From NCBI GenBank assembly GCA_900767715.1, contig CAAGAD010000005.1, positions 151,632 to 215,631 of the forward strand: a stretch of DNA of 64,000 nt, written 5' to 3'. This document shows positions 25,415 to 34,855 of this stretch, in pieces. Below the pieces are notes generated by a model, which was not told the DNA's origin, did not search any database, and saw nothing but the letters and a program-made list of their open reading frames with translations. The first letter of the stretch is position 1, and each line of letters opens with the position of its first letter. Origin of the DNA: Clostridia bacterium. GTDB taxonomy: Bacteria > Bacillota > Clostridia > Christensenellales > UBA1242. The position numbers were made by a program, and so were the translations under genes.

Positions 25415-27360
25415 TGGCATACGGAGCAAAAGACCTAGTCGTATTGGAAGGCTTGGACGCAGTGAGAATGCGCCCAGGAATGTATATCGGTAGCACGGGC
25501 AATCGCGGAATGCACCACATTTTGTGGGAAATTATCGACAACTCGATTGACGAACTTGCCAACGGCTATGGCAATAAAATCACAGTCAAATTGCACAAAG
25601 ACGGCTCGGCAACGGTCAGTGATAATGGTCGTGGCGTGCCAGTTGACCCACACCCAAAGTTGAAAATCTCGGGTGTGGAAGTGGTGTATACCCAACTCCA
25701 CGCGGGTGGCAAGTTTGGTGACGGCAACTATCAATATTCGGGTGGTTTGCACGGCGTGGGTGCGTCGGTTACCAATGCGCTCAGTCGCTATCTTGAAGTC
25801 ACCGTTTGCCGTGAAGGTAAGAAATATTACGCAAGGTTCGAAAGCACGGAAAAGGGTGGCAAAATCCACAGCGGACAAACTGTGCAAAAACTTATCTGCA
25901 TAGGCGACACCAAAGAAACGGGTACGACAGTACACTTTTTGCCAGACGACCGCGTGTTTGGTGACAATTCGTTCGACCTAGAACTCATCACCAAGAAACT
26001 CCGCGAAGACGCTTATTTGAACCGCGGAATAGTAGTAGATTTGGTGGACGAACGCACCAATGTTAAACAACAATTTTGCTATGAAGGTGGCATCAAAGAT
26101 TACGTCACCTATCTAAACGAAGGCAAAAATACGCAATATTTCCCACCAATTTTCATAGAAGGCGAGAGCGACGGCGTGTATGTGCAATTAGCAATGCAAC
26201 ACACGGACGGGTTTAGCGAAAACATTTTTAGTTTCGTCAACAACATTCCAACCCCAGAGGGCGGTTGGCACGAAGTGGGATTCAAGTCAGCACTAACCAA
26301 GGTTCTCAATGACAACGCACGTAAGCAAGGGTTTTTGAAGGAAAAGGACGAGAACTTGCTCGGTGAAGACTACCGCGAAGGTATTACGGCGGTGCTCAGC
26401 ATAAAGATGAAAAACGTCCAATTTGAAGGGCAAACCAAGACCAAACTTGGCAACGTTGATGTCAAGCCAAAGGTGGAAGCCGTTTGCTCGCAAAAACTAG
26501 ACGAATTTTTCAATAGCATAAAGAATTTACCTATTTTGCAAGCCATTTGCGACAAAGCAAAGGGTGCACAAAAGGCTCGTATGGCTAGCCGACGCGCAAA
26601 AGATTTGGCGCGCGCCAAGAATAGCATTGAAGGCTCAAATCTTGTGGGCAAATTCGCGAACTGCAGTGGTAGAGATTACAAGCGCAACGAACTATTTATA
26701 GTCGAAGGCAAATCGGCTGGTGGCTCGGCAAAGGGCGGTCGTGACCGTATGTTCCAAGCCATTTTGGCATTGCGTGGCAAGCCTATCAATGCGGAAAAGA
26801 AGCGCATTGACCAAGTTTTGCAGAATGAAGAAATCCGCACAATCATCGGGGCATTAGGCACGGGCATTGGCGACAATTTCAAGATTGACAATTTGAAGTT
26901 TGACAAAGTTATCATTTTGAGCGATGCCGATGAAGACGGCGCACACATAAGGTCAATTTTGATTACATTCTTTTTTAGATATATGAAAGAACTCATCACC
27001 GAAGGGCACGTCTATTGCGGAATGCCACCATTATACAAAGTATCGTACAAGGACAAGCACGAGTACGTTTACAGTGACCGTGAATTGCCAGAAGCCATTG
27101 AACGCGCTGGCAAGGTGTATGAGTTGCAACGTTACAAAGGTCTTGGCGAGATGAACGCCGACCAGTTGCGTGAAACCACAATGAACCCAGCCCGCCGAAA
27201 TTTGATGAAAATCACCATCGACGACGCGGTGGAAGCCGACAAGGCAATCACCACTTGGATGGGCGACGAAGTGGAAGCCCGCAAGGACTACATCACAAGA
27301 AATGCAAACTTTAACAAGGTTGATGAACTTTTAACAAAGAATAACGATAATAACGATTAG
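25414..27360 (+). CDS. parE: Type IIA DNA topoisomerase subunit B (ParE-like; GyrB not excluded)
   Basis: [18 protein letters not shown], the GHKL ATPase [14 protein letters not shown], the Toprim [10 protein letters not shown], and PLYKV. Paired with an A subunit that lacks a GyrA box. Confidence 0.8.
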   Translation: MAYGAKDLVVLEGLDAVRMRPGMYIGSTGNRGMHHILWEIIDNSIDELANGYGNKITVKLHKDGSATVSDNGRGVPVDPHPKLKISGVEVVYTQLHAGGKFGDGNYQYSGGLHGVGASVTNALSRYLEVTVCREGKKYYARFESTEKGGKIHSGQTVQKLICIGDTKETGTTVHFLPDDRVFGDNSFDLELITKKLREDAYLNRGIVVDLVDERTNVKQQFCYEGGIKDYVTYLNEGKNTQYFPPIFIEGESDGVYVQLAMQHTDGFSENIFSFVNNIPTPEGGWHEVGFKSALTKVLNDNARKQGFLKEKDENLLGEDYREGITAVLSIKMKNVQFEGQTKTKLGNVDVKPKVEAVCSQKLDEFFNSIKNLPILQAICDKAKGAQKARMASRRAKDLARAKNSIEGSNLVGKFANCSGRDYKRNELFIVEGKSAGGSAKGGRDRMFQAILALRGKPINAEKKRIDQVLQNEEIRTIIGALGTGIGDNFKIDNLKFDKVIILSDADEDGAHIRSILITFFFRYMKELITEGHVYCGMPPLYKVSYKDKHEYVYSDRELPEAIERAGKVYELQRYKGLGEMNADQLRETTMNPARRNLMKITIDDAVEADKAITTWMGDEVEARKDYITRNANFNKVDELLTKNNDNND

Positions 27361-27368
27361 GAAGACTT

Positions 27369-29870
27369 ATGGCAAGAGATGACGAAAAGCAAGTAAATAT
27401 GTTTGATAACAAAGAGAAACATAAGCCAAAAAAGGCAACGAATATGGACGAAACACCAGCCGAAGAAACCGGCTTGGTTTTCACGCGCACAGTCGAAGAT
27501 GTGATGAATTCTAGTATGCTACCATATTCCGAATGTGTTATTTTGGATCGCGCCTTGCCAAGAGTGGAAGATGGCTTAAAACCAGTGCAAAGACGTATTT
27601 TGTACGCAATGCTTGAAGCAGGGCTCACCCCAGATAAACCATACAAGAAATGTGCCGCCACGGTCGGTGATGTGTTGGGTAAATACCACCCACACGGCGA
27701 CACATCGGTTTATGACGCAATGGTGCGTATGGCACAAGATTTTACCATAAACACGCCACTCATTGACGGTCACGGCAACTTTGGTTCGGTCGATGGCGAC
27801 CCAGCCGCTGCTTATCGTTACACCGAAGCCCGACTCAGCAAACTAGCAGTCGAACTTATGCAAGACATTGACAAAGACACGGTTAATTTCAGCCTAAGTT
27901 TCGATGACAAACGCAAAGAGCCAGATTATTTACCGGGACGTTTTCCAAACCTGTTGGTTAATGGTGCCAGCGGTATTGCTGTCGGTCTTGCCACCAACAT
28001 TCCACCACACAATTTAGGCGAAGTAATCGACGCCACAGTGGCATATATTGACGACGAAAACATAGATTTGGGTGGACTGCTCAAATATATCAAAGGACCA
28101 GATTTCCCAACGGGCGCAATGGTGCTCAAAAACCAGAATATGATTGACGCCTATGCCACCGGTCGTGGCAAAGTGCAAGTCCGTGCGGTGTGGAACTTGG
28201 AAGAATTGCCTAACGGCAAGACCAACATTATCATCACGGAGTTGCCATATCAGGTCAACAAAGCAGAGTTCTTGACCCACATTGTTGACGTCAAGGAAAA
28301 GTATAAAGGCTGTTTGAACGCAATAACAGAGATTCAAGATGAATCAGATATGAGTGGTATGCGCGCAGTCATCACAGTTAGAAAAGACGGCGATGTGCAA
28401 GGTATCATAAGCGAACTTTTGAAACGCACCGAAATGCAGGCCAGTTTCAGTTACAACGTGGTGGCAATCGCAGATGGCAAACCAAAACTTTTGCCACTTT
28501 TGGATATTATTAGATATTATGTCAATTTCCAAGTCGATGTCATCGTGCGTCGCACCAAATTCAATTTGGAGAAGGCAGAAGCGCGCGCTCACATTTTGGA
28601 AGGACTGTTAATCGCCATTCAAAACATTGATGAAGTGATTAAGATTATCAAGGGGAGCAAGAGCGTCCAAGAAGCCAAAATCGAACTGATGTCACGCTTC
28701 GGGCTCACCGAAGTGCAAGCCGTTGCAATTTTGGATATGAAATTGTCAAGGCTCACCAACCTTGAAACATACAAGATTGAAGAAGAACTTGCCGAACTCA
28801 ACAAAAAGATTAAGAAATATAAACATATCTTGTCTGCTAGAAAATATCAACTTGAAGTGGTTAGGGCAGAACTCTTGTCAATCAAAGAGCGCTATCCATT
28901 GCCACGTAAAACACAAGTGGTACGTAGTTTCGATGAATATGTGGCAACACCTATCGAAAAGGCTATCGAGAACGAAGAATGCGTGCTGTATGTGACGACA
29001 GATGGTTTGAGAGTGAAGAATGTTCCGTTCAAGTCAATCAAGGACGGAGATAACAGTTTCAACGCGACCAAGAATGCCAACCTTTTGTTTAGAGATAGCG
29101 CGCACGCCTACTCAAATGACACAATTTTGGCATTCACCAATCTCGGCAATGTCTATAAGTTTACCGCGCGTTTCATCGAGCAGTGCAAACTTAACGGCAA
29201 GGGTACACAACTATCGCAGATTTGTAAGTGCGAAGCCCACGAACAGATTGTCAACATCTTCAATTTGGCAGAAACAAATGTTGCCAATGACCTATTCTTC
29301 TTCACGCGTGATGGTTTCATTCGTAAATGCCCATTCAGTGAGTTTGACATTGCCAAGTCTAGCGCTAGCGCAATCAAGTTGAAACTCGGCGACGAAGTAA
29401 TCCGTGTGCAAGACAACCTTTATATGCCAAGCGCGGTTTGTGTGACCAAGAATGGTATGGTGCTCAACTGTGAACTCGGCTCAGTGCCTAGCCAAAAGCG
29501 TGGCGCGTCGGGCGTAATCGGTATTCAGTTGTCGCAGGGTGATGAAGTGGTGTTCGCTGGTCAAGTGATGTCGAGCGATAAATTGATTGTTTTGACCGAT
29601 AATAACCATATCAAACGCGTGAATATGACAGAGATACCAATGAGCGCGCGTAACCGCAAAGGCTTGCAGATTTGCGTTGCAAAAGAGAAAGTTGATTTCG
29701 CCATTGCACCGGTTGTCAGTGGTGAGTTTGTGGCTGTGTTCAAGTCGGGCGCAGTTGAAGTCGTCGATGTCAGCAAGATTGATGTCTTGCCACGCAACAA
29801 GACTGGCAAGCCAATGCAAAACGTGAAAAATGATGATAAATTGTTGTTGGCAACCATATATAATATTTAG
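27369..29870 (+). CDS. parC: Type IIA DNA topoisomerase subunit A (ParC-like; GyrA-like core, no GyrA box)
   Basis: [34 protein letters not shown] and [12 protein letters not shown] (catalytic Tyr). The first CTD blade reads [15 protein letters not shown] where GyrA has Q(R/K)RGG(K/R)G. There is a roughly 35-aa K/E-rich N-terminal extension. Confidence 0.8.
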   Translation: MARDDEKQVNMFDNKEKHKPKKATNMDETPAEETGLVFTRTVEDVMNSSMLPYSECVILDRALPRVEDGLKPVQRRILYAMLEAGLTPDKPYKKCAATVGDVLGKYHPHGDTSVYDAMVRMAQDFTINTPLIDGHGNFGSVDGDPAAAYRYTEARLSKLAVELMQDIDKDTVNFSLSFDDKRKEPDYLPGRFPNLLVNGASGIAVGLATNIPPHNLGEVIDATVAYIDDENIDLGGLLKYIKGPDFPTGAMVLKNQNMIDAYATGRGKVQVRAVWNLEELPNGKTNIIITELPYQVNKAEFLTHIVDVKEKYKGCLNAITEIQDESDMSGMRAVITVRKDGDVQGIISELLKRTEMQASFSYNVVAIADGKPKLLPLLDIIRYYVNFQVDVIVRRTKFNLEKAEARAHILEGLLIAIQNIDEVIKIIKGSKSVQEAKIELMSRFGLTEVQAVAILDMKLSRLTNLETYKIEEELAELNKKIKKYKHILSARKYQLEVVRAELLSIKERYPLPRKTQVVRSFDEYVATPIEKAIENEECVLYVTTDGLRVKNVPFKSIKDGDNSFNATKNANLLFRDSAHAYSNDTILAFTNLGNVYKFTARFIEQCKLNGKGTQLSQICKCEAHEQIVNIFNLAETNVANDLFFFTRDGFIRKCPFSEFDIAKSSASAIKLKLGDEVIRVQDNLYMPSAVCVTKNGMVLNCELGSVPSQKRGASGVIGIQLSQGDEVVFAGQVMSSDKLIVLTDNNHIKRVNMTEIPMSARNRKGLQICVAKEKVDFAIAPVVSGEFVAVFKSGAVEVVDVSKIDVLPRNKTGKPMQNVKNDDKLLLATIYNI

Positions 29871-29877
29871 GTGATTT

Positions 29878-30948
29878 ATGCAATACATAATTAGATTTAT
29901 TAAGGGAATATTGATTGGCTGTGTCAACATTATTCCGGGCGTTAGTGCGGGCACAATCGCGGTCGTCACCAACGTTTACGACGAACTTATTACAGCAATG
30001 AGCCTTGATTTCAAGTTTATCAAGAAGAACTTTTGGCGTCTATTGGCTCTCGGTCTTGGCGTCATCGTCGGTATTTTGCTGTTTAGCAAGGCAATAGAAT
30101 TTTTGTTTAACCACTGTTTCCGCAGTACGATGAACTTCTTTGGTGGATTGGTAATCGGCTCTGTGCCTTTGCTGATTAAGAACGCAATCAAAATGCCTGA
30201 AGACAGCAAAAAGTGGGTTAAATGGGTAGTGTTTGCAGTCTGCTTTGCGGGCGTTTTGTGCTATTCATTCTTGTGCAAGAAAGCAACCGACGCCGAGATT
30301 ATCACTTCAATCGACTTTAAATCATTTTTCAAGATTGCAGGATTGTTGTCAATCGCCAGCGTTGCAATGATTTTGCCAGGTCTTAGCGGTTCGCTTATGA
30401 TGATGTTCTTCGGCATTTATGACACGGTCATTGCAGCCCTTGCACACTTCAACTTTGCAGTTTTGTCAGCCGTTGCTGTCGGCGTAATCGTGGGTATTGT
30501 GGTTGGCTCAATCATCTTGAAATATTTGCTCAAACATTTCGGCAAAACGACCAACTTTGGCATAATCGCACTTGTATTGTCTTCGCTAATCGGCGTGTAT
30601 GTGGTTTATGTTATTCCAAAAATGGCATTCGACTGGATTCTAATCGCCGACATTTGCGCTTTGGTTGCAGGTCTTTTGGGCGGTTATGGCTTGTGCTATA
30701 TCAGCCAAAAAAAATCTAAATTTGAAGCCCAAGAAAACGATAATCTCGTCGGCTTCAAGGAATATGTGCCTGACGAAAAGGCTGGCACAATTAACGCTAA
30801 AACCGTGGCAAGCGACAATAAAGAAACCGAAAACGAGCCAGTCAAGGCAAAGGACGATACAAACGCCAGCCAGCCAACAAACAATGACTCTATCGCACCG
30901 ACAGAAAACAATAACTCATCAAACAATGAACAAAAAACTGACAAATAG
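29878..30948 (+). CDS. DUF368 family membrane protein (PopT-like candidate polyprenyl-phosphate translocase) with hydrophilic C-terminal tail
   Basis: Duplicated DUF368 motifs IIPGVSAGTIAVVTNVYDEL and ILPGLSGSLMMMFFGIYD. Polytopic. The last roughly 85 aa are N/T/E/K-rich low complexity. Confidence 0.8.
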   Translation: MQYIIRFIKGILIGCVNIIPGVSAGTIAVVTNVYDELITAMSLDFKFIKKNFWRLLALGLGVIVGILLFSKAIEFLFNHCFRSTMNFFGGLVIGSVPLLIKNAIKMPEDSKKWVKWVVFAVCFAGVLCYSFLCKKATDAEIITSIDFKSFFKIAGLLSIASVAMILPGLSGSLMMMFFGIYDTVIAALAHFNFAVLSAVAVGVIVGIVVGSIILKYLLKHFGKTTNFGIIALVLSSLIGVYVVYVIPKMAFDWILIADICALVAGLLGGYGLCYISQKKSKFEAQENDNLVGFKEYVPDEKAGTINAKTVASDNKETENEPVKAKDDTNASQPTNNDSIAPTENNNSSNNEQKTDK

Positions 30949-30981
30949 TCAGTTTTTTTGTGTAAATTTGATTTTATTTTA

Positions 30982-31010
30982 TTGACAGCCAAGTTTCGTT
31001 GTGCTAGAAT
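30982..31010 (+). promoter_or_regulatory. Sigma-A promoter for tRNA-Leu
   Basis: TTGACA(30982-30987), 17 nt, TAGAAT(31005-31010) with TGc. The mature tRNA 5' end is 10 nt downstream. Confidence 0.7.
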
Positions 31011-31020
31011 ACAAGCACAT

Positions 31021-31103
31021 GGGGGAGTGGCGGAATTGGCATACGCGCACGTTTGAGGGGCGTGTGGGCAACCTTGTGAGTTCAAATCTCATCTTCCCCA
31101 CCA
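31021..31103 (+). tRNA. tRNA-Leu (anticodon GAG), class II with long variable arm, CCA encoded
   Basis: Hand-folded. Acceptor GGGGGAG/CTTCCCC, D-arm with GG, and anticodon stem CACGT/GCGTG. The loop TTGAGGG gives anticodon GAG with G37. There is an 11-nt variable arm, T-arm GTGAG-TTCAAAT-CTCAT, discriminator A and CCA. Confidence 0.9.
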
Positions 31104-31109
31104 TATATT

Positions 31110-31130
31110 AAACCTAGTCACTAGGTTTTT
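31110..31130 (+). terminator. Terminator after tRNA-Leu
   Basis: AAACCTA-gtcac-TAGGTTT hairpin followed by a T-run. Confidence 0.65.
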
Positions 31131-31154
31131 ATTTTTCTAATAGTGGGGGAGTAA

Positions 31155-31325
31155 ATGTTGATAGAGCAAGAATTGAAGAAGAATCTTCAACGCGAGATGT
31201 TTTATGATTTGCTAGAAGAGTGCTATGATATGTCGCACCGCTATCGTCGTGTGAATGCGGACAAAAATCGTGGCAAGCATACTCAACCAAAAGCAAACGA
31301 AAAAGAAATAACCATAGAAAAATAA
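31155..31325 (+). CDS. Small hypothetical ORF (56 aa), below the ORF-track cutoff
   Basis: ATG preceded by GGGGGAG. It translates to MLIEQELKKNLQREMFYDLLEECYDMSHRYRRVNADKNRGKHTQPKANEKEITIEK and is followed directly by a terminator. Confidence 0.4.
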   Translation: MLIEQELKKNLQREMFYDLLEECYDMSHRYRRVNADKNRGKHTQPKANEKEITIEK

Positions 31326-31328
31326 AAA

Positions 31329-31353
31329 AAACACCCGTTTGGGTATTTTTTTT
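31329..31353. terminator. Bidirectional terminator (small ORF / thyX-like gene)
   Basis: AACACCC-gttt-GGGTATT hairpin (one mismatch) flanked by an A-run and a T-run. Confidence 0.55.
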
Positions 31354-31356
31354 TGA

Positions 31357-32628
31357 TTAAATTTTACGTTCGCCGGTGACGCCTTCTTTAAATCCGCAAG
31401 GACTAGAACACTTGTAGTCAGGGAAGGTGCAACGTGAGCCGTGAGTGTATTTTTCCAACATTTCGGCTTGTGGGTGACCTTTACGTTTGAGTTCGGCAAC
31501 GTAACGATTGAGCGTGTCAGTAGTTTGGTTGTCAATTTCCAGTTGAGCAGCAGCGCATTTACGCTCTTTCATCTTCAAAATGAATTTGTCCAAACTGCCA
31601 TATTCGTTGATGTTCACGAGCAAACCTTGTGGGAATACGCTTGCTTGGCTTTCGCAGTCATTCTTCCATTCGCGAGTGAGTTCGTCGCTCATACGAATAA
31701 TTTTTGGCACATAGAACTCTGGTGTGTCGAGCAAGGTCATATCGTAACTAATAGTGCGGTGGCGCTGTGCTTGCGCTAGTTGGGCAAGTGAGCCCTTGTA
31801 ACTGGTACAATACACATCACCGAAATAGGTTTCTGGTGCGATAGAGCGCTTGATGAGTGACAAGTGTGCGTTCTTGGCGTTGACACCTTCGGCAAGGTCC
31901 TTGTCATAATACACGCGATTTACGTTGCCGTCTTTGATGTAGTCGAACAAAATGCGTCTGTGCACTGGGTCGTCGTCTTGACTGAGTTTTTGCTCCCAAA
32001 CTTCCGTCTTCAAGCCGTTTTGAATGCTGGTGACGAAATCGCTCATTGCTGGCACGAGTGCCTTGTAAAAGTCGTTGGACGGATTGTCGATTTCACGTTG
32101 CATCATAGCGCACAAATAATTGAGTTGGCGAAGGGACACAGTGTAAACCATTGTGGTAGGGGTGAACACCGAAATTAGATAACGCGCATTCTCTTGCGCC
32201 AGTTTCTCAATCTTTTTCTCTGTGAAAATGTTTGGATATTTGGCTTGATATTCGTCGCGGATAAGATTTTTGTATGTGTCGAGCCATTTGTCGAACAACT
32301 TTTGTTCGCCTTCCTTCAACACCATTTTGGTGTAGCGAGCCGATTTTTCGCTGGTGTTGTAGAATTGCTCATTGTTGAGCACCATTGCCAAGCCCTTTGG
32401 AATGTTTTCCAGTGACAAGTTGATAAATGCGTGGTCAAACACACTGTGGTGACCGCTGGCTTTTGTTCCGTTGGCACGGCGCATAGTTTTTTCTTTCGGC
32501 TCACACATCAGCGCACCAAAAGTGTCTGGCATATAGCACACGCCCGCAGCGTGTCCGCATAGTTTGGTCAAATCTTCCATTGACGCCGCCATATTAGGCA
32601 TAGTCGTCCCGATAATAGATATTTTCAT
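31357..32628 (-). CDS. Double-length ThyX-like (flavin-dependent thymidylate synthase family) protein
   Basis: SGHHSVFDH (family GHxSxxEH). The first half has ...NEQFYNTSEKSARY (S-x-R-Y kept, RHR lost). The second half has QAQRHRTISYDM (RHR kept, SxRY lost). 423 aa, about twice a canonical ThyX. The C-terminal tail is Cys-rich (CTFPDYKCSSPCG). Confidence 0.6.
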   Translation of the reverse strand: MKISIIGTTMPNMAASMEDLTKLCGHAAGVCYMPDTFGALMCEPKEKTMRRANGTKASGHHSVFDHAFINLSLENIPKGLAMVLNNEQFYNTSEKSARYTKMVLKEGEQKLFDKWLDTYKNLIRDEYQAKYPNIFTEKKIEKLAQENARYLISVFTPTTMVYTVSLRQLNYLCAMMQREIDNPSNDFYKALVPAMSDFVTSIQNGLKTEVWEQKLSQDDDPVHRRILFDYIKDGNVNRVYYDKDLAEGVNAKNAHLSLIKRSIAPETYFGDVYCTSYKGSLAQLAQAQRHRTISYDMTLLDTPEFYVPKIIRMSDELTREWKNDCESQASVFPQGLLVNINEYGSLDKFILKMKERKCAAAQLEIDNQTTDTLNRYVAELKRKGHPQAEMLEKYTHGSRCTFPDYKCSSPCGFKEGVTGERKI

Positions 32629-32727
32629 TTTCCCCTCCCAAATTTTGCATTGAATATATCACGCTCGAACAGGTTTGTCAACTTAATTGATGTCATATTT
32701 GCGCTAAAAAATTAATAAATAATTAGT

Positions 32728-32955
32728 ATGGAAACAAGATTGGACAAGGCATATTTGGGTAAGGTTTACACGATAGTGAATTTGCAGTTAAACGACCCCA
32801 AAATGACCACAAGACTCAAAGAATTAGGCTTCATTTCGGGCAACGAGATAGTTGTCAAAGCCATTTCTCCGCATCGTAAAACGATAATTGTGGCATTGCT
32901 CGGCAGTATGTTCGCGTTGAAGACGAACATAGCAAAAGAGGTGGTGATAAAATGA
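32728..32955 (+). CDS. feoA: Ferrous iron transport protein A
   Basis: 75-aa SH3-like FeoA pattern (RLKELGFISGNEIVV...). It overlaps the feoB start. Confidence 0.85.
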   Translation: METRLDKAYLGKVYTIVNLQLNDPKMTTRLKELGFISGNEIVVKAISPHRKTIIVALLGSMFALKTNIAKEVVIK

Positions 32956-34820
32956 AAAATGTGACAATTATAGGCAATCCAAACACTGGCAAGAGCACGC
33001 TTTTTAATGCCATAACCAAAAGCGACTTGCACACGGGTAACTGGCACGGCGTGACTGTTGATGCCAGCAACAAGGTGGTTCAGTTTGGTGGCGAAAAGTA
33101 CACTTTCACCGACTTGCCGGGGTTTTATAGTATGACGGCATACTCGTTTGAAGAGCAGGTGAGCATTGACTACGTCCACAGCCACAAGGACGACCATTAC
33201 ATATACGTGCTTGACGCCAACAGCCTAAGAAGAAACCTATACCTTGCCGTACAACTGCTCGCCACGGGCATAAATATGGTTATATATATTAATAACTATG
33301 ATATATTTACTAAACACGGCGGGCAGATAGACATCAACGCCTTGTCCGCCATACTCGGCACGCGCGTGGTGATTGGCAACGCTCTCAAACAGCGTTTTGA
33401 CCCCAAACTTATTGCCGAAAACAACGATTTTAAAGTGCCAACGCTTGCCACCAGTGAGCAAATATACAAATTCATCTCTAATATTTACGCCAAATGCGTG
33501 AAAATAGACAAAAATTACACCTATGGAGTTAGCCGTTGGGACAAAGTTTTGCTCAATAAATGGCTGTTTTTGCCCTTGTTTTTGCTGTCGAGTTTCTTAA
33601 TAATGTATCTCACATTTTTTAGTGTGGGCGGGTTTTTGTCGGACAAATTCGTCGCACTGTTTGAACTAGTGGTCGGAAAGCCTATTTCCTATCTGCTTTC
33701 ACTCATCACACACTCGCAATGGTTGCTTGACCTATTCAATGACGGCATTTTTGACGCCTTCAACTCGGTTTTGTCCTTTATTGTGCCGGTGTGCTTATTG
33801 TACATCTTCATCGGGCTGATTGAAGACAGCGGAATAATGGCGCGAATGGCATTTATGTTGGACGACAGTCTGTCGAAAATAGGGCTAAACGGCAAATCTG
33901 CCTACACGCTTTTGCTCGGTTTTGGTTGCAACACGACGGCGGTCGTCACAGCGCAAGGAATGGCGAACAAAAACGCGAAAATCAAGACGGCATTGATGAC
34001 GCCATATATGACTTGCACGGCGAAACTCCCGATTTATAGCGTAATAGCGGGCGCGCTCTTCGGCGCAAAGTCCATATTTGTCATATTCGGGCTGTATTTA
34101 CTAGGCATCACAGTGTCAATCATGGTGGCTGGCGTGCTCGAAAAGACCATTTTGCCTACTCACGACGACAGTTTCTTGCTCGAATTTCCCGCCATTCGAC
34201 GCCCTAGCATCAAAAAAGTGACCAAAAACGCGCTCAAATCCGCCAAAACATTCTTGTCCAAGGTGGTGACGATTGTCGTGGGCGTGTCGGTCATAGTTTG
34301 GGTGCTAAATAATTTTAATTTTAGGTTTAGTTATCTGCCCAATAATGACACAAATATTCTGCCAACCATTGCCAAGTTTATCGCGCCCGTGTTCAGCCCG
34401 CTCGGTTTTGCCAGTGTGGGTGCAGTGACGGCACTCATTGTGGGCATTTTGGCGAAAGAACTCGTGCTTTCCAGCCTAGTTTTGACGGGTGCACTCGGTA
34501 CTCTCACGGGCGCAAGTGGAGTGGCGTTTCTAGTGTTCGTCGCGCTTTACGCACCTTGCATATCTACAATCGCCGTGCTGAAAGGCTTTGTCGGCAAGAA
34601 ATGGACGGCATTCTCGGTCATCTCGCAAATAATCATTGCATACACTCTGTCGCGCCTAATTTTCGTATTACTTACGGGCAAATTGGCAATAATTGATTTA
34701 ATTTTATCACTATTTGTAATAGTTTTCGTGATAGTGGCGCTGGTGCGAACCAAAAAAACAAGATTTTGCGCTTGCTCGTCAACTTGCACTAATCGAATTT
34801 GTAAAAAATGTCAAAAATGA
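32952..34820 (+). CDS. feoB: Ferrous iron transporter FeoB
   Basis: N-terminal G domain GNPNTGKSTLFN, DLPG, then a polytopic permease. Cys-rich C-terminal tail. Confidence 0.92.
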   Translation: MKNVTIIGNPNTGKSTLFNAITKSDLHTGNWHGVTVDASNKVVQFGGEKYTFTDLPGFYSMTAYSFEEQVSIDYVHSHKDDHYIYVLDANSLRRNLYLAVQLLATGINMVIYINNYDIFTKHGGQIDINALSAILGTRVVIGNALKQRFDPKLIAENNDFKVPTLATSEQIYKFISNIYAKCVKIDKNYTYGVSRWDKVLLNKWLFLPLFLLSSFLIMYLTFFSVGGFLSDKFVALFELVVGKPISYLLSLITHSQWLLDLFNDGIFDAFNSVLSFIVPVCLLYIFIGLIEDSGIMARMAFMLDDSLSKIGLNGKSAYTLLLGFGCNTTAVVTAQGMANKNAKIKTALMTPYMTCTAKLPIYSVIAGALFGAKSIFVIFGLYLLGITVSIMVAGVLEKTILPTHDDSFLLEFPAIRRPSIKKVTKNALKSAKTFLSKVVTIVVGVSVIVWVLNNFNFRFSYLPNNDTNILPTIAKFIAPVFSPLGFASVGAVTALIVGILAKELVLSSLVLTGALGTLTGASGVAFLVFVALYAPCISTIAVLKGFVGKKWTAFSVISQIIIAYTLSRLIFVLLTGKLAIIDLILSLFVIVFVIVALVRTKKTRFCACSSTCTNRICKKCQK

Positions 34821-34849
34821 TTGCCGAGAACAAATCTTTGTGATATATT
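34821..34849 (+). promoter_or_regulatory. Sigma-A promoter abutting the der start codon (leaderless candidate)
   Basis: TTGCCG(34821-34826), 17 nt, TATATT(34844-34849) with TGa, 6 nt, ATG(34856). No SD. Confidence 0.5.
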
Positions 34850-34855
34850 TATGCT

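Noticed and set aside
25031-25429. 132-aa minus-strand ORF mirroring cdd
   Set aside because: It has the same extent as the plus-strand cytidine deaminase, which carries the CAE and PCGxCRQ zinc motifs. The antisense product is Arg/His-rich with no motifs.
25414-29870. Annotation as DNA gyrase (gyrB/gyrA)
   Set aside because: The A subunit lacks a GyrA box at the first CTD blade, has KPVQRR, and the pair is not in the origin-proximal dnaA-recF context. I call it topo IV-like but flag the uncertainty.
30696-31535. Minus-strand ORFs of 129 and 107 aa overlapping the tRNA-Leu region and the 3' end of the thyX-like gene region
   Set aside because: They run across the tRNA, its promoter and terminators, and have no start signals. 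The plus-strand features explain the sequence better.
32629-32727. Fur box between the divergent thyX-like gene and feoAB
   Set aside because: Only AT-rich partial matches are present (e.g. TTAATAAATAATTA, TGAATATATCA). None reproduces the 7-1-7 TGATAAT-N-ATTATCA symmetry. The match is too weak to call.
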